Program-made: the position numbers and the translations under genes
Part shown: piece after piece, positions 50,931 through 61,200 of the stretch
How positions within the stretch are numbered: position 1 is the first letter of the stretch
Layout of the letters: each line of letters starts with the position of its first letter
Notes under the pieces: model-generated
Seen by the model: the letters and a program-made list of their open reading frames with translations, nothing else
Database searches by the model: none
Told to the model about the DNA's origin: nothing
NCBI GenBank assembly: GCA_965140585.1
Contig: OZ223272.1
Coordinates: forward strand, 32,001 to 96,000
Length of the DNA stretch: 64,000 nt
Direction: 5' to 3'
Origin: Spirochaetia bacterium
GTDB taxonomy: Bacteria; Spirochaetota; Spirochaetia; UBA9216

Positions 50931-51860
50931 CTACAGCAGTTCACCTGCCAGTAATTCATCGATAACAAGAATATTGAAATAGTCCTGGTCAACTGTGAGT
51001 TTAATGATTCCGCTTTTTTCTTTTCCGGCGGCTACACAAATCAGGTTGTCGGCTTTTTTCAGTATTGAAATAGGAATACCCATATACAGGTCGTGCTTAC
51101 TCCAGTTAATCTCGTTACCCTCACTATTAATAAAAACTCCTGCAATGTCTCCTACCGCATCAAGTCCGGTAAGCTCCTGATAATCTTCATCGGTAATTAC
51201 TCCGGATTTATATGTTGTTGAATCTTCACTAAAAGCGCTTACACTGATGATGTTAATATTCGATTTCTTTGCCATCTGAATAAGATTCATATTATTCTCA
51301 TCCTGCTTCAGCTCTTTTTTAGCTTCAAGACTCTGAACATAATACGGAGCATTCAGAATGCAGTGCTCGGCCCTTATCTTCTGACATATTTTAATGATTA
51401 TACCGGTTGGAGTTTTCATTTCTCCGTTTCTGGCATAAAAGCCTCCGGTAAGTTCCAGCACCGTGCAGTCCTCTCTGTTCTGGTAGCTGAGGTGATCTGC
51501 AAATTTGCTGATAGTATTGCCCCAGGAAACACCGAGTATCCCATTCTCGGGAAGAATTCCCATGACATATTTAGCCAGAAATTTAGCGACAAGATCATCT
51601 CCCGAGAAATCCTGTGAATTCTCAAGTACAACACAATCTTTCAGATTATATTTTTCTTTCAGCCTCTTACTCATATCCAGATTAATTCTGTCAGGAGTTC
51701 TTATCTGAATCTGTACTATTCCTTTATCTTCAGCCTCCTTGATCATCCTGGAAATCACCATAGCGTTAGTGTTAAACATATTGGATATTTCTTTCTGCTT
51801 GATTTTGTCTACGTAATACAGCTTGGCTACCATAGCTAAAGTGAAATCATCAATTTCCAC
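50931..51860 (-). CDS. SorC/DeoR(Bs)/LsrR family sugar-binding regulator
   Basis: VAKLYY..KQKEIS HTH, GVSWGNT, AVGDIAG. Confidence 0.9.
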   Translation of the reverse strand: MEIDDFTLAMVAKLYYVDKIKQKEISNMFNTNAMVISRMIKEAEDKGIVQIQIRTPDRINLDMSKRLKEKYNLKDCVVLENSQDFSGDDLVAKFLAKYVMGILPENGILGVSWGNTISKFADHLSYQNREDCTVLELTGGFYARNGEMKTPTGIIIKICQKIRAEHCILNAPYYVQSLEAKKELKQDENNMNLIQMAKKSNINIISVSAFSEDSTTYKSGVITDEDYQELTGLDAVGDIAGVFINSEGNEINWSKHDLYMGIPISILKKADNLICVAAGKEKSGIIKLTVDQDYFNILVIDELLAGELL

Positions 51861-51924
51861 AGCACTCTCCTGAGAAATAACAAATCTGTTTGTTATTTAT
51901 AACACATCTGTTATTTTTAAATTT

Positions 51925-51953
51925 ATTATATGGGCACAGATAAAATCTGTCAA
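51925..51953 (-). promoter_or_regulatory. Consensus sigma-70 promoter of the sugar operon
   Basis: TTGACA-17 nt-TATAAT exact. Confidence 0.85.
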
Positions 51954-51975
51954 TTTTTTTATAGTCTTTTTTCTC

Positions 51976-52014
51976 AAAAAAAAAGAGGCTGAATTCCTGA
52001 GAATCAGCCTCTTT
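51976..52014 (-). terminator. Rho-independent terminator of the trp operon
   Basis: AAAGAGGCTGA...TCAGCCTCTTT stem followed by a long U tract on the minus strand. Confidence 0.85.
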
Positions 52015-52041
52015 ACCATAGATGTTATATATTCTGCAATG

Positions 52042-52782
52042 TTACTCCCCCAGCAGTTCCTTAACAACTGAGCAGACTTTAGCCTTGATATTACTGCCAG
52101 CGGCGTATTCTTCAGTCACGTTCTTAACAATATGCGAGCCTACAATTGCCGCATTGCAATAGGCTTCAAGGGTTTCCACCTGGGCTGCTGTTTTTATTCC
52201 GAAGCCGGCCATAATATTTACATTGTACTTTTTCACCTGGTCAAGAAAGCCGAGGTTGAATGAGTCGAGTTTAGTTTCCTGGCCGGTGATTCCGCTTCTG
52301 AGTGCCACGTATATCCACTCGGGCCTTTCTGTCATTATCGATTCAAGCCGTTCAGGTGAAACATCCGGTACAACAACGGGGACAACGCTTATTCCGGCTC
52401 TGCGTCCTGCCTCGTACAGCCCCTCATCCATCCCCGGAGTGAGGTCGGGAATTATGAGTCCGGTTACACCGTATTCAACCGCTTTTTTTACGAAGTTTTC
52501 GACGCCCATGTTAAAAACTATCCCTGAATAGCTCATTATATAGACCGGTACATCAGCGTAGGCCTTAATCCGTTTTACCAGTTCAAAGGCATCTGTTACC
52601 CGAAAGCCCTTTTCAAGCGATTTGCGGCAGGCAAGCTCAATTACCGGGCCGTCTGCGGAGGGGTCGCTGTAGGGTATCTGCATTTCAAGGGCATATGCCC
52701 CTCCGTCTATAAGGCCGGCAGCAGTCTGGAAAGATGATTCGATATCCGGGTAGCCGGCAATAAAGTGTGTTACAAGTTTCAT
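52042..52782 (-). CDS. trpA: Tryptophan synthase alpha chain
   Basis: AGYPD, IPYSDPSADGPVI, GITG, AGFGI, IVGS. Confidence 0.95.
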   Translation of the reverse strand: MKLVTHFIAGYPDIESSFQTAAGLIDGGAYALEMQIPYSDPSADGPVIELACRKSLEKGFRVTDAFELVKRIKAYADVPVYIMSYSGIVFNMGVENFVKKAVEYGVTGLIIPDLTPGMDEGLYEAGRRAGISVVPVVVPDVSPERLESIMTERPEWIYVALRSGITGQETKLDSFNLGFLDQVKKYNVNIMAGFGIKTAAQVETLEAYCNAAIVGSHIVKNVTEEYAAGSNIKAKVCSVVKELLGE

Positions 52783-53993
52783 TTAATCCTCCCGCTTTCT
52801 TCAATCAGGTATTCTTTCCAGTTCGCTCCGTCAAGAACGGGAGCTGAAATAAAAATATCCTTGTCCCCCCTGCCCGACATGTTGACAACAATATTTTTTC
52901 CCGGCCCCAGTTCTTTTGCCAGATTCATTGCTCCGGCCCCGGCATGTGATGATTCCATCGCAAAAATGACACCCTCGTGTTTTGCAAAAAACTTGAGGGC
53001 ATCAAGAGCCTCGGTATCGGTTGCGCTTCTGAACTCAATTCTTCCGGTATTTCCAAGGTGAGCCAGCTGGGGACCGATGCCCGGATAATCAAGACCGGCG
53101 GAAATTGAATGAGTAGGCAGGACCTGGCCGTCGTCATCTACCAGGAAAAAACTCTTGTAGCCCTGAACAATGCCGGGCTTGCCGGAGTCGTCCATACGAA
53201 CGGCATTGTTTCCCCAGCCGTTTCCGCGGCCTCCGGCCTCAACACCGACAAGCCTGGGTTCATCCTTTTCAAGGAAGGGGCTGAAAAAACCGATTGCGTT
53301 TGATCCGCCGCCGACACAGGCGACCATTGCATCAATTTTAAAATCTGCCTGCTCGCTTACCTCGTTCCCGATTACCGACTGAAACTCGCGGACCATATCA
53401 GGATAGGGAGACGGACCGAGGGCGGAACCGAGCAGATAGTGGGTGTTGCCGTAGCTTGCCGTCCAGTCGCGGAAGGCCTCGTTCACAGCATCCTTCAGGG
53501 TACAGCTTCCCGAATCGACACCCCGGACTTCGGCTCCGAAGAGCTCCATCCAGTAAACATTCGGACGCTGACGGCGCATGTCCTCGGTTCCCATATAGAT
53601 GACGCATTCAAGCCCCAGGCGGGCACAGGCTGATGCCGTAGCAACACCGTGCTGCCCGGCGCCGGTTTCAGCAATAACCCGGGTCTTGCCCATCCGCTTT
53701 GCAAGCAGGGCCTGCCCGGCCGCATTGTTTATCTTATGGGCGCCGGTATTGGCAAGCCCCTCAAGTTTTATGTAGATATCCGCGCCGCCGAGTGCCTTAG
53801 TGGCATTTACCGCGTGAAGCAGCGGCGTGGGACGGCCGATAAATTCTTTCTGAAACTTCTTAAAATCAGCAATGAACTCAGGGTCGCTGATCGCTTCAAG
53901 GTATGCGGCCTCAAGTTCTTCATGAGGCTTCCGAAGGACTTCAGGAACATAACGTCCACCGAAATCTCCGAAGTAATTATTGTATTTTTCCAT
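52779..53993 (-). CDS. trpB: Tryptophan synthase beta chain
   Basis: TGAHKINN, ETGAGQHG, CVGGGSNA, SISAGLDYPG, SGRGDKD. Confidence 0.97.
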   Translation of the reverse strand: MEKYNNYFGDFGGRYVPEVLRKPHEELEAAYLEAISDPEFIADFKKFQKEFIGRPTPLLHAVNATKALGGADIYIKLEGLANTGAHKINNAAGQALLAKRMGKTRVIAETGAGQHGVATASACARLGLECVIYMGTEDMRRQRPNVYWMELFGAEVRGVDSGSCTLKDAVNEAFRDWTASYGNTHYLLGSALGPSPYPDMVREFQSVIGNEVSEQADFKIDAMVACVGGGSNAIGFFSPFLEKDEPRLVGVEAGGRGNGWGNNAVRMDDSGKPGIVQGYKSFFLVDDDGQVLPTHSISAGLDYPGIGPQLAHLGNTGRIEFRSATDTEALDALKFFAKHEGVIFAMESSHAGAGAMNLAKELGPGKNIVVNMSGRGDKDIFISAPVLDGANWKEYLIEESGRIK

Positions 53994-53994
53994 A

Positions 53995-55458
53995 TCAGCC
54001 TACTCCTTGTTCTATCTGCTGAAACAGGGCTTCCAGTTTTTGGTGATCTTTTATGCCCGGAGAGGATTCCACTCCGCTTGAAATATCTATCAGCGCCGGG
54101 CTGTATTCACGGATTAATCCGCAAACATTATCCGGGTTTATTCCGCCTGCAAGCCAAAGCGCCCGCTTTCCGGCTACTGCCGAAACGAATTCTGGTTCAA
54201 TCTGCTTTCCGGTTCCGCCGTGAGCTTCTTTACTAAATGCATCAATAAGCACTGCGGCGCCCGGAGCCTCGGCGGCAGCGGCGGCAGTATCCTTATCCTT
54301 GATACGAAAGGCCTTGTACCCCGGATACTTCAAATAGCTCTCCGGACCCTCATCACCGTGAAACTGAATGGCATCAAGAGCTCCCGATTCAAGCAGTTCC
54401 AGGTACTGCTGTGGCAGTTCTTCGTCCCGCTTAAGTACAACAACCCCGACTTTCATTATTCCTATATCACTGCAGGAGTTTATAAAATCGGCATCTACCT
54501 TACGGGGCGAATCTGCAAGAATGAAGCCGGCCATATCAGCTCCAAGCTCCTTAACCTTAATCAAATCCTCGCGCCTTGTGATTCCGCAGATTTTCACCAG
54601 AGGCCGACCAGGCCTGTACCGGTTGCAAAGTTCAGTCCAGAAGGCGAATCGACCGTTGGCACATTCAGGGATGAACTTCTCAAGCAGGGTCTTTGTAAAC
54701 TCAGGGTTTCTTACTGCCGATTCACCTACAAGCACTCCGGCAAATCCGCTGCCCGTCACAAAATCAATATCGTATTCAGTTTTTATTCCCGATTCATAAA
54801 CCACCCTGCATGGCCAGTTTATCATCGATCTAATTTTAAGCGGCTGAAGAGGGTCGATTGTAAAGTTCTTCAGGTTACGGCTGTTTATTCCGGTCAGCTC
54901 AGGTTTAAAACTTTCTGCTTTTAACACATCATCCTGATCATGAAGTTCAACAAGTGCTGTAATTCCAAGTTCACCACAACGCTGATACATTGCAGTAAAA
55001 ATATCAGTCTCAAGCAGTGAAGCAATAAGCAGACAGGCATCTGCACCCGCCCGGTAGCTGATGTCGATATCCTCTACACTGACCAGGAAATCTTTTCGCA
55101 GAACCGCTACATGCGGAAAGGCTTTCTTAACCTTAATCAGATCGGTAAGCGAACCTCTGAAGTAGTTCTGCTCAGTCAGAATACTGATATTACGGACACC
55201 CGCCTTGTAGTATTTTCTTGCGAGCTCTACCGGATCAAGTGAGGTGTCTATATTCTTTACTGACGGAGATTTACGTTTTATCTCGCAGATAACCGGGGAT
55301 ATGCCCAGGAAGGAGGTCAGGGGAACTTCACGTTCTTCGGGCAACTCAATTCCCTGTGCCGGGCCAAGCCTTTTTATGTCCTCAATCCTGCGGGCAGTTA
55401 TTTCGGCTCTGATATCCAGAGCCCCCATAGGCCTGTTATCTTTAGCCGGATTATTCAA
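53995..55458 (-). CDS. trpCF: Bifunctional indole-3-glycerol phosphate synthase / phosphoribosylanthranilate isomerase
   Basis: EIKRKSPS, LRKDF, GINSRNL, then VKICGIT, QFHGDE, LAGGINPDN, DISSGVE. Confidence 0.93.
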   Translation of the reverse strand: MNNPAKDNRPMGALDIRAEITARRIEDIKRLGPAQGIELPEEREVPLTSFLGISPVICEIKRKSPSVKNIDTSLDPVELARKYYKAGVRNISILTEQNYFRGSLTDLIKVKKAFPHVAVLRKDFLVSVEDIDISYRAGADACLLIASLLETDIFTAMYQRCGELGITALVELHDQDDVLKAESFKPELTGINSRNLKNFTIDPLQPLKIRSMINWPCRVVYESGIKTEYDIDFVTGSGFAGVLVGESAVRNPEFTKTLLEKFIPECANGRFAFWTELCNRYRPGRPLVKICGITRREDLIKVKELGADMAGFILADSPRKVDADFINSCSDIGIMKVGVVVLKRDEELPQQYLELLESGALDAIQFHGDEGPESYLKYPGYKAFRIKDKDTAAAAAEAPGAAVLIDAFSKEAHGGTGKQIEPEFVSAVAGKRALWLAGGINPDNVCGLIREYSPALIDISSGVESSPGIKDHQKLEALFQQIEQGVG

Positions 55459-57064
55459 CTCTTTCCTCCAGCAGGATGCTGCTTCTGATTAGTGACTCGA
55501 GCTTCTTTTTAACAGCTCCGGATTCAAGAACCTTTTTTGCCTTCTCATATCCCTCGGTGATAGATTCGGCATTGCCGGTGACAACCATGGCAGCTCCGGC
55601 ATTTAGCAGACAGGCTGCCTTTATGGCAGCTGGACCTGCGCCTTCGACTATACTTCTGCCGATAACAGCATTTTCATCAGCCAGACCGCCTTTCAGATCA
55701 TCAAGGGTAAAACCCTCAATTCCGGCTTCCTTCGGATCAAAAATAAAATCATTCTCAACACCGTCATTATCGATCATGAAAATCCTTGTCGGAGCTGCAG
55801 GCGATATTTCATCAAGCCCGTCATTGCTGTGGACCGTCATTACCCGTTTAGCACCAAGCATCTTCATAGCCCTCGCCATAACAGGGCAGAGCTCATTATT
55901 ATATACGCCGATTAGAAGATATGCAGCCTCGGCAGGATTAACCAGTGGGCCGAGCAGGTTCATTATTGTTTTAACGCCCATCTCTCTGCGTACCGGAGCC
56001 GCGTGGGCCATAGCCTTGTGAAAGAGAGGGGCAAATAGAAATGCAAACTGTTCCTTTTCAAGAAGCTCAGTCGATTTCTCAGGACTCAAGTTGTAGCGGA
56101 TTCCCATTTCCCGGTAGAAATCAGCACTTCCGCTTTTTGAACTTACCGCACGGTTGCCATGCTTTGCAACGGTAATTCCTGACGCTGCAAGAATGAGCGC
56201 GGAGAGGGAGCTTATGTTGAAAGTGTGGTGTCCGTCTCCGCCGGTACCGACTATATCAAGGACATCAGATGAGGTTTCAAGATGAACTTTTTTACGTTTT
56301 AAAACTTCTGCACATCCGGCGATTTCATCTGCAGCTATCCCCTTGCAGTTGAGTGCTGAGAGAACAGCCGCTGTATAGGCCGGGTTAAGAGAGCCTTCGG
56401 TCAGCTCATCCATGAAATCGGCAGCTTCCTTCCTGCTTAAATCCTCACCCTTCTGAACCTTGACCAGCAGGGCTGTCTTATCCAGAGGTTCAAGCTTATA
56501 CCGCAGAAAATTCTTTAAAATGATTTTACCGGCATCAATACATCCGATTGATTCAGGATGAAACTGGACACCTTCAATCACGTAATCCTTGTGCCGCAGT
56601 CCCATTATTTCACCGTCGGCGCTCTCGGCGGTAATCTCCAGGCATTCCGGCAGGGTTGAGCGTTCGGCAGCAAGTGAATGATAGCGCGTAAAATCGGCTG
56701 ATGCAGGGAGGTTTCTGAAAAGCCCTCTGCCATCCAGAGATATGCTTTCAACTTTTCCGTGAACGATATTCTTTGCACTGACTATCCGCCCGCCGAAACT
56801 TTCGGCAATGGCCTGATGTCCAAGGCAGATACCTAGGATTGGAATCTTTCCGGCAAAGTGATTGATGGCCTCGATTGAAATACCTGCATCTGCAGGGGTT
56901 CCCGGGCCCGGAGAAATAATCAGACTTTCAGGATTAAGTTTTTCAATCTCTTTGACGGTAATCCTGTTGTTTCTGAAAACCTGTACCGGGGTCTCGGTAA
57001 GTTTTGATAGTTCCTGAAAGACGTTGTATGTGAAAGAATCATAGTTATCAATTATTACAATCAT
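55451..57064 (-). CDS. trpGD: Bifunctional anthranilate synthase component II / anthranilate phosphoribosyltransferase
   Basis: IDNYDSFTYN, GICLGHQ, QFHPES, then DIVGTGGDG, KHGNR. Confidence 0.93.
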   Translation of the reverse strand: MIVIIDNYDSFTYNVFQELSKLTETPVQVFRNNRITVKEIEKLNPESLIISPGPGTPADAGISIEAINHFAGKIPILGICLGHQAIAESFGGRIVSAKNIVHGKVESISLDGRGLFRNLPASADFTRYHSLAAERSTLPECLEITAESADGEIMGLRHKDYVIEGVQFHPESIGCIDAGKIILKNFLRYKLEPLDKTALLVKVQKGEDLSRKEAADFMDELTEGSLNPAYTAAVLSALNCKGIAADEIAGCAEVLKRKKVHLETSSDVLDIVGTGGDGHHTFNISSLSALILAASGITVAKHGNRAVSSKSGSADFYREMGIRYNLSPEKSTELLEKEQFAFLFAPLFHKAMAHAAPVRREMGVKTIMNLLGPLVNPAEAAYLLIGVYNNELCPVMARAMKMLGAKRVMTVHSNDGLDEISPAAPTRIFMIDNDGVENDFIFDPKEAGIEGFTLDDLKGGLADENAVIGRSIVEGAGPAAIKAACLLNAGAAMVVTGNAESITEGYEKAKKVLESGAVKKKLESLIRSSILLEERVE

Positions 57065-57073
57065 ATTCCTGCC

Positions 57074-58474
57074 TCACACCTGTATTCCGGCGGCAAGAGC
57101 GGCCGCCCTGAGTTTTTCATTGGTTTCTTCAAGTTCACGTTCGGGGTTGGAATCAAAAACGATTCCTCCGCCGGCCTGCAGATACAGTCTGTCGTGGCGC
57201 TTGAGCCCACTGCGGATTGTTATGCAGGTATCGATATCCCCGGAGGAATCCATATAACCGACAAGGCCGGCATAAAAGCTGCGGTTGAATTTTTCAATTC
57301 TGGAGATGGTTTCTATAGCCTGGATCTTGGGTGCGCCGGAGACGGTTCCCGCCGGAAAGCTTGCCCTTACAGCATCTGTGCTGTCCTTATCATCCCGAAG
57401 CTCACCTTCAACCTGAGAGACTATATGCATCACCTTGGAGTATTTCTCTATCACCATGTATTCAGTTACTTTTACAGTTCCGGTTTTACATACCCTACCA
57501 AGGTCGTTACGGGCAAGATCTATTAGCATAAGATGTTCCGCACGTTCCTTTTCATCTGCCAGAAGTTCATCTGCCAGAGCAATATCCTCGGCTTCGTTCT
57601 TACCTCTTCGACGGGTACCCGCTATCGGACGGATAGTTACTTTGCCGTTTTTCACTTTGATATGAACCTCGGGTGAAGCTCCGTAGAGCTGGTACTCACC
57701 GAAATCCAGAAAGAAAAGATAGGGGGATGGATTTGATGAGCGAAGGTTGCGGTATGCATCAATTGCCTGCATATCGGTTTTTATCTCAAGCCTTCGGGAA
57801 GGTACACCCTGAAGAAGATTCCCCTTAATCACCTCGTCCCGGATTATCCTGACATTCTTTTTGTATTCCTCTTCTACAGCCTTCGATGAAACAATTTCAG
57901 CAGGGTCCGTCTTCGGCGGTTCAGCCATGTAGTTGAAGTTGAGATCAAATATCTTGCTTTCTACTTTCTTAAGTTCCTTCTCGAGATCGACCTCGTATCC
58001 GGGGTAGTTGATAATCAGGATGTAGATTTCATCAGTGTAGTGATCGAAGATAAGAAAATCGTTTCCGAAGAGAAAGCAGGCATCAGGAAGTCCGAGCTGA
58101 TCCGAGCGTTCAACAAAGTTTATGTCATCACAGAACCTTGCGAACTCGAATGATAAAAAGCCTATTCCGCCGGATGGAAAGGGAAAATCGTGTTCAACGC
58201 CCTTGTGAAAAAGGGCAAATTTCTTCACTGAATCAAGAATATCGCGGCCGCCGTTGACTATCTTTTTCTTCCGGCCGTCTGTCGTAACAAGTGCGCAGTC
58301 TGTTCCTTTCTGAACAATACGGAATGCTTCTTTAATAAGAAGGATGGAATATCGCTCACGTCCCTTGCTCAGCGATGATGATTCAAGTATTACAGCAGCA
58401 TTAAGCTTCTGCGCGAGGGCAAAGGGTGTAAACTTCTCGCCCGGTATTTTTTTGACCATGTGCATCTGTCGCAT
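57074..58474 (-). CDS. trpE: Anthranilate synthase component I
   Basis: NPSPY, PIAGTRRRG, EHLMLIDLARND, GTVSGAPK. Confidence 0.93.
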   Translation of the reverse strand: MRQMHMVKKIPGEKFTPFALAQKLNAAVILESSSLSKGRERYSILLIKEAFRIVQKGTDCALVTTDGRKKKIVNGGRDILDSVKKFALFHKGVEHDFPFPSGGIGFLSFEFARFCDDINFVERSDQLGLPDACFLFGNDFLIFDHYTDEIYILIINYPGYEVDLEKELKKVESKIFDLNFNYMAEPPKTDPAEIVSSKAVEEEYKKNVRIIRDEVIKGNLLQGVPSRRLEIKTDMQAIDAYRNLRSSNPSPYLFFLDFGEYQLYGASPEVHIKVKNGKVTIRPIAGTRRRGKNEAEDIALADELLADEKERAEHLMLIDLARNDLGRVCKTGTVKVTEYMVIEKYSKVMHIVSQVEGELRDDKDSTDAVRASFPAGTVSGAPKIQAIETISRIEKFNRSFYAGLVGYMDSSGDIDTCITIRSGLKRHDRLYLQAGGGIVFDSNPERELEETNEKLRAAALAAGIQV

Positions 58475-58623
58475 AAAATCTCCCGGTTTCTACCTATAGA
58501 AACGTTATTGTATATAGAAACATAGAGTTTTTATCCTAAACTGTCAAGAAGCAGATAAAAAAAAGGACCTTCTTAATACAACAAATGTATCAAAAAGGCC
58601 CATGTATATATCAGCACCCGCTG

Positions 58624-59613
58624 TTATGCTTGTCGTTTTATATGCTGCAGATGGTCAATTGATACTGCAAAAAGGAGAATAATACCCTTGATAAGATCCT
58701 GCCAGTATACAGATACATCAAGAAGAATAAGTGAACTGGTTATGATTGACAGAAGGGCGATTCCGAGGATTGATCCGAATACGGTTCCCTCGCCTCCGGT
58801 AAGGCTGGCTCCGCCGATAACGGCAGCGGAAATTGCAGTCATTTCAAGACCTACTCCGAATCCGGGGGTAGAGGCACCGAATCGGGCCATATAGATGATA
58901 CCGGCCAGACCGGCAAGCAGTGAGCAGAGTGTGCTCACTCCGATCTTAACCCGGTTGATTCTTATACCTGAAAACTTTGCAGCCTTTTCATTACTTCCGG
59001 TATAGAATACTTTCCGGAGCAGGGTTGAGTTTCTAAGCATGTAATCACTGAGTATTACTATCACAAGAAAGATTATGATTACAAAGGGAAAGGGTCCGAT
59101 TGTTCCCTGTCCGAGAAACTTGAAGCTTGAAGGAAGTGTGAAAAGGGATAAAGGCGTTCCCTGTGTGATTACAAAGCATGCTCCGCGGGCAATGCCCATA
59201 AATGCCAGTGTCGTAATAAAGTGGACCAGCCCTACCCTGGTAACCAGAATGCCCATTATTGCACCTATTCCGCCGGTTATTACCAGGGCAATTATACTTG
59301 CAAGCCAGGGATCAACACCAAGAAGGAACAGCTTTCCGGCAATACACATTGCCAGACACATTACAGCACCTACGGAAAGGTCGATTCCGCCCAGAACCAG
59401 CATTACAGTCATTCCGACAACAACGATACCTTCGGTTGCAAATGAAAGGAATATAGCCTTCCAGTTGTTCCAGGTCATGAAATAAGGCGACAGAAAATTC
59501 ATCAGAATACATACACCTATGATAATCAGAATAAGGGTTCCTTCCCGAAAGCCCTTAATCTTTGTAAAAATCCGGTTTAATACAGCCAAGCGGTTGTTTG
59601 CAATTTCACTCAT
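58624..59613 (-). CDS. Sugar ABC transporter permease
   Basis: GGIDLSVG, GSNEKAAKFSG, ISAAVIGGASL. Confidence 0.93.
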   Translation of the reverse strand: MSEIANNRLAVLNRIFTKIKGFREGTLILIIIGVCILMNFLSPYFMTWNNWKAIFLSFATEGIVVVGMTVMLVLGGIDLSVGAVMCLAMCIAGKLFLLGVDPWLASIIALVITGGIGAIMGILVTRVGLVHFITTLAFMGIARGACFVITQGTPLSLFTLPSSFKFLGQGTIGPFPFVIIIFLVIVILSDYMLRNSTLLRKVFYTGSNEKAAKFSGIRINRVKIGVSTLCSLLAGLAGIIYMARFGASTPGFGVGLEMTAISAAVIGGASLTGGEGTVFGSILGIALLSIITSSLILLDVSVYWQDLIKGIILLFAVSIDHLQHIKRQA

Positions 59614-59624
59614 TATCTTCTCCC

Positions 59625-61133
59625 TTATTCCATCTTTTCCAGACCGGAAGCCATATGGATTATTTTCTTTTCGTTTATATCTTCGCCGGTAATAATACCG
59701 CAGTTTGTACCCTCGTGCATAACCAGAACACGATCGCTCATTCCTATGAGTTCGGGCAATTCTGATGAAATCATTATAACCCCGATTCCCTCACAGGTGA
59801 GAGTTCTTATCAGCTTATGAATTTCAGATTTGGCTCCGACATCGATTCCCCTTGTAGGTTCATCCATGATTACAACCTTCGGATTGACCGAAAGAAGCTT
59901 GGCAATAAGAACCTTCTGCTGGTTTCCTCCCGACAGTGATGAAGCATGCTGAGACAGACTGGCATATTTAACGTTCAGTTTCCCGGCAAATTCGGCTGCC
60001 TGTTTCTTCTCCTTGGAAACATCAACCATCCCGCTCGTGGAAACCTGATCAAGATTCAACGCCGAGATATTAAGCTGGATGGACTTTTCCAGAAATACAC
60101 CCTCCACCTTGCGATCCTCGGTGAGATAAACTATGCCGTGGTTGATGGCATCCTGATAGCTGTTGATTTTTATTTCTTTACCGTTGAAAAACGTACGGCC
60201 TTCAATTTTCGGAAAGAGTCCACATACAGCCTTAACAATTTCGCTTCGGCCGGCTCCTATCAGTCCAGAAAGACCCAGGATTTCCCCCTTATGCAGGGTA
60301 AAGGAGATATCTTTAAACCTGTTTCCATCAGAGAAATTTTCAATCTTCAGCAGTTCATCCTGCTCGGTGCAAACACCATGAAACTTCGGCGGATACAAAT
60401 CGGATATTTCCCGGCCGACCATTCTGCTGACAACTTCCTTCGAGTCAGTCTCGGAAATATTGAGCTCTCCGCAATAGGTGCCGTCTCTGAGTATCGCAAC
60501 TCTGTCGCACTGTGAGAAGATTTCTGCCATTCTGTGGCTTATATATATAATACTGATCCCGTTTCTTTTAAGCTCTTTCATAATTGTGAACAAAGCATCT
60601 GTTTCAGCTTCGGTCAGTGCGGCCGTAGGCTCATCCAGAATCAGTATTTTACAGTCAAGACTTAAAGCTTTCGCAATTTCTACTATCTGCTGCTTTGAAA
60701 TTGAGAGTTCACTGACAACCTTGCGGGGATCAACATCTCCAAGCGGTTTCAGAATTTCAGCAGCTCTTTTATATAGATCCTTGTAATTAACAAATTTACT
60801 TTTAGTATTATTGAGCTCTGCCATAAAAACATTTTCAGCTACAGTGACATGCTGACAGAGCGCTATTTCCTGATGGACAAAGCCTATTCCATGTAACTGA
60901 GCATCCAGCGGATTTCTGATCTGCACTTCTTCTCCATCAATGCGGATAGAACCCTCATCAGGAAGAAGTACACCGTCTATTATGTTCATCAGGGTGGATT
61001 TCCCTGCGCCGTTCTCGCCTACCAGGGCCAGAACTTCACCTTTTTTAAGCCCCAGGCTTACATTATCAAGTGCCCGTGTACCCGGAAAATCCTTTACTAT
61101 CCCCTCTACTTCCAGTACAAAATTATCACTCAA
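59625..61133 (-). CDS. Sugar ABC transporter ATP-binding protein
   Basis: GENGAGKST, LSGGNQQK, DEPTRGIDVGAK. Confidence 0.94.
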   Translation of the reverse strand: MSDNFVLEVEGIVKDFPGTRALDNVSLGLKKGEVLALVGENGAGKSTLMNIIDGVLLPDEGSIRIDGEEVQIRNPLDAQLHGIGFVHQEIALCQHVTVAENVFMAELNNTKSKFVNYKDLYKRAAEILKPLGDVDPRKVVSELSISKQQIVEIAKALSLDCKILILDEPTAALTEAETDALFTIMKELKRNGISIIYISHRMAEIFSQCDRVAILRDGTYCGELNISETDSKEVVSRMVGREISDLYPPKFHGVCTEQDELLKIENFSDGNRFKDISFTLHKGEILGLSGLIGAGRSEIVKAVCGLFPKIEGRTFFNGKEIKINSYQDAINHGIVYLTEDRKVEGVFLEKSIQLNISALNLDQVSTSGMVDVSKEKKQAAEFAGKLNVKYASLSQHASSLSGGNQQKVLIAKLLSVNPKVVIMDEPTRGIDVGAKSEIHKLIRTLTCEGIGVIMISSELPELIGMSDRVLVMHEGTNCGIITGEDINEKKIIHMASGLEKME

Positions 61134-61200
61134 TTACTTCCTCCGTAGTAATGATAAGAAAGCCGCACCCTCAGATGAGGATACGGCCTGAAAATTCTGA

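Noticed and set aside
53649-56021. Long plus-strand ORFs (195, 234, 143 and 181 aa)
   Set aside because: Antisense to trp genes; no recognisable features
59946-60515. 189-aa plus-strand ORF
   Set aside because: Antisense to the ABC ATPase
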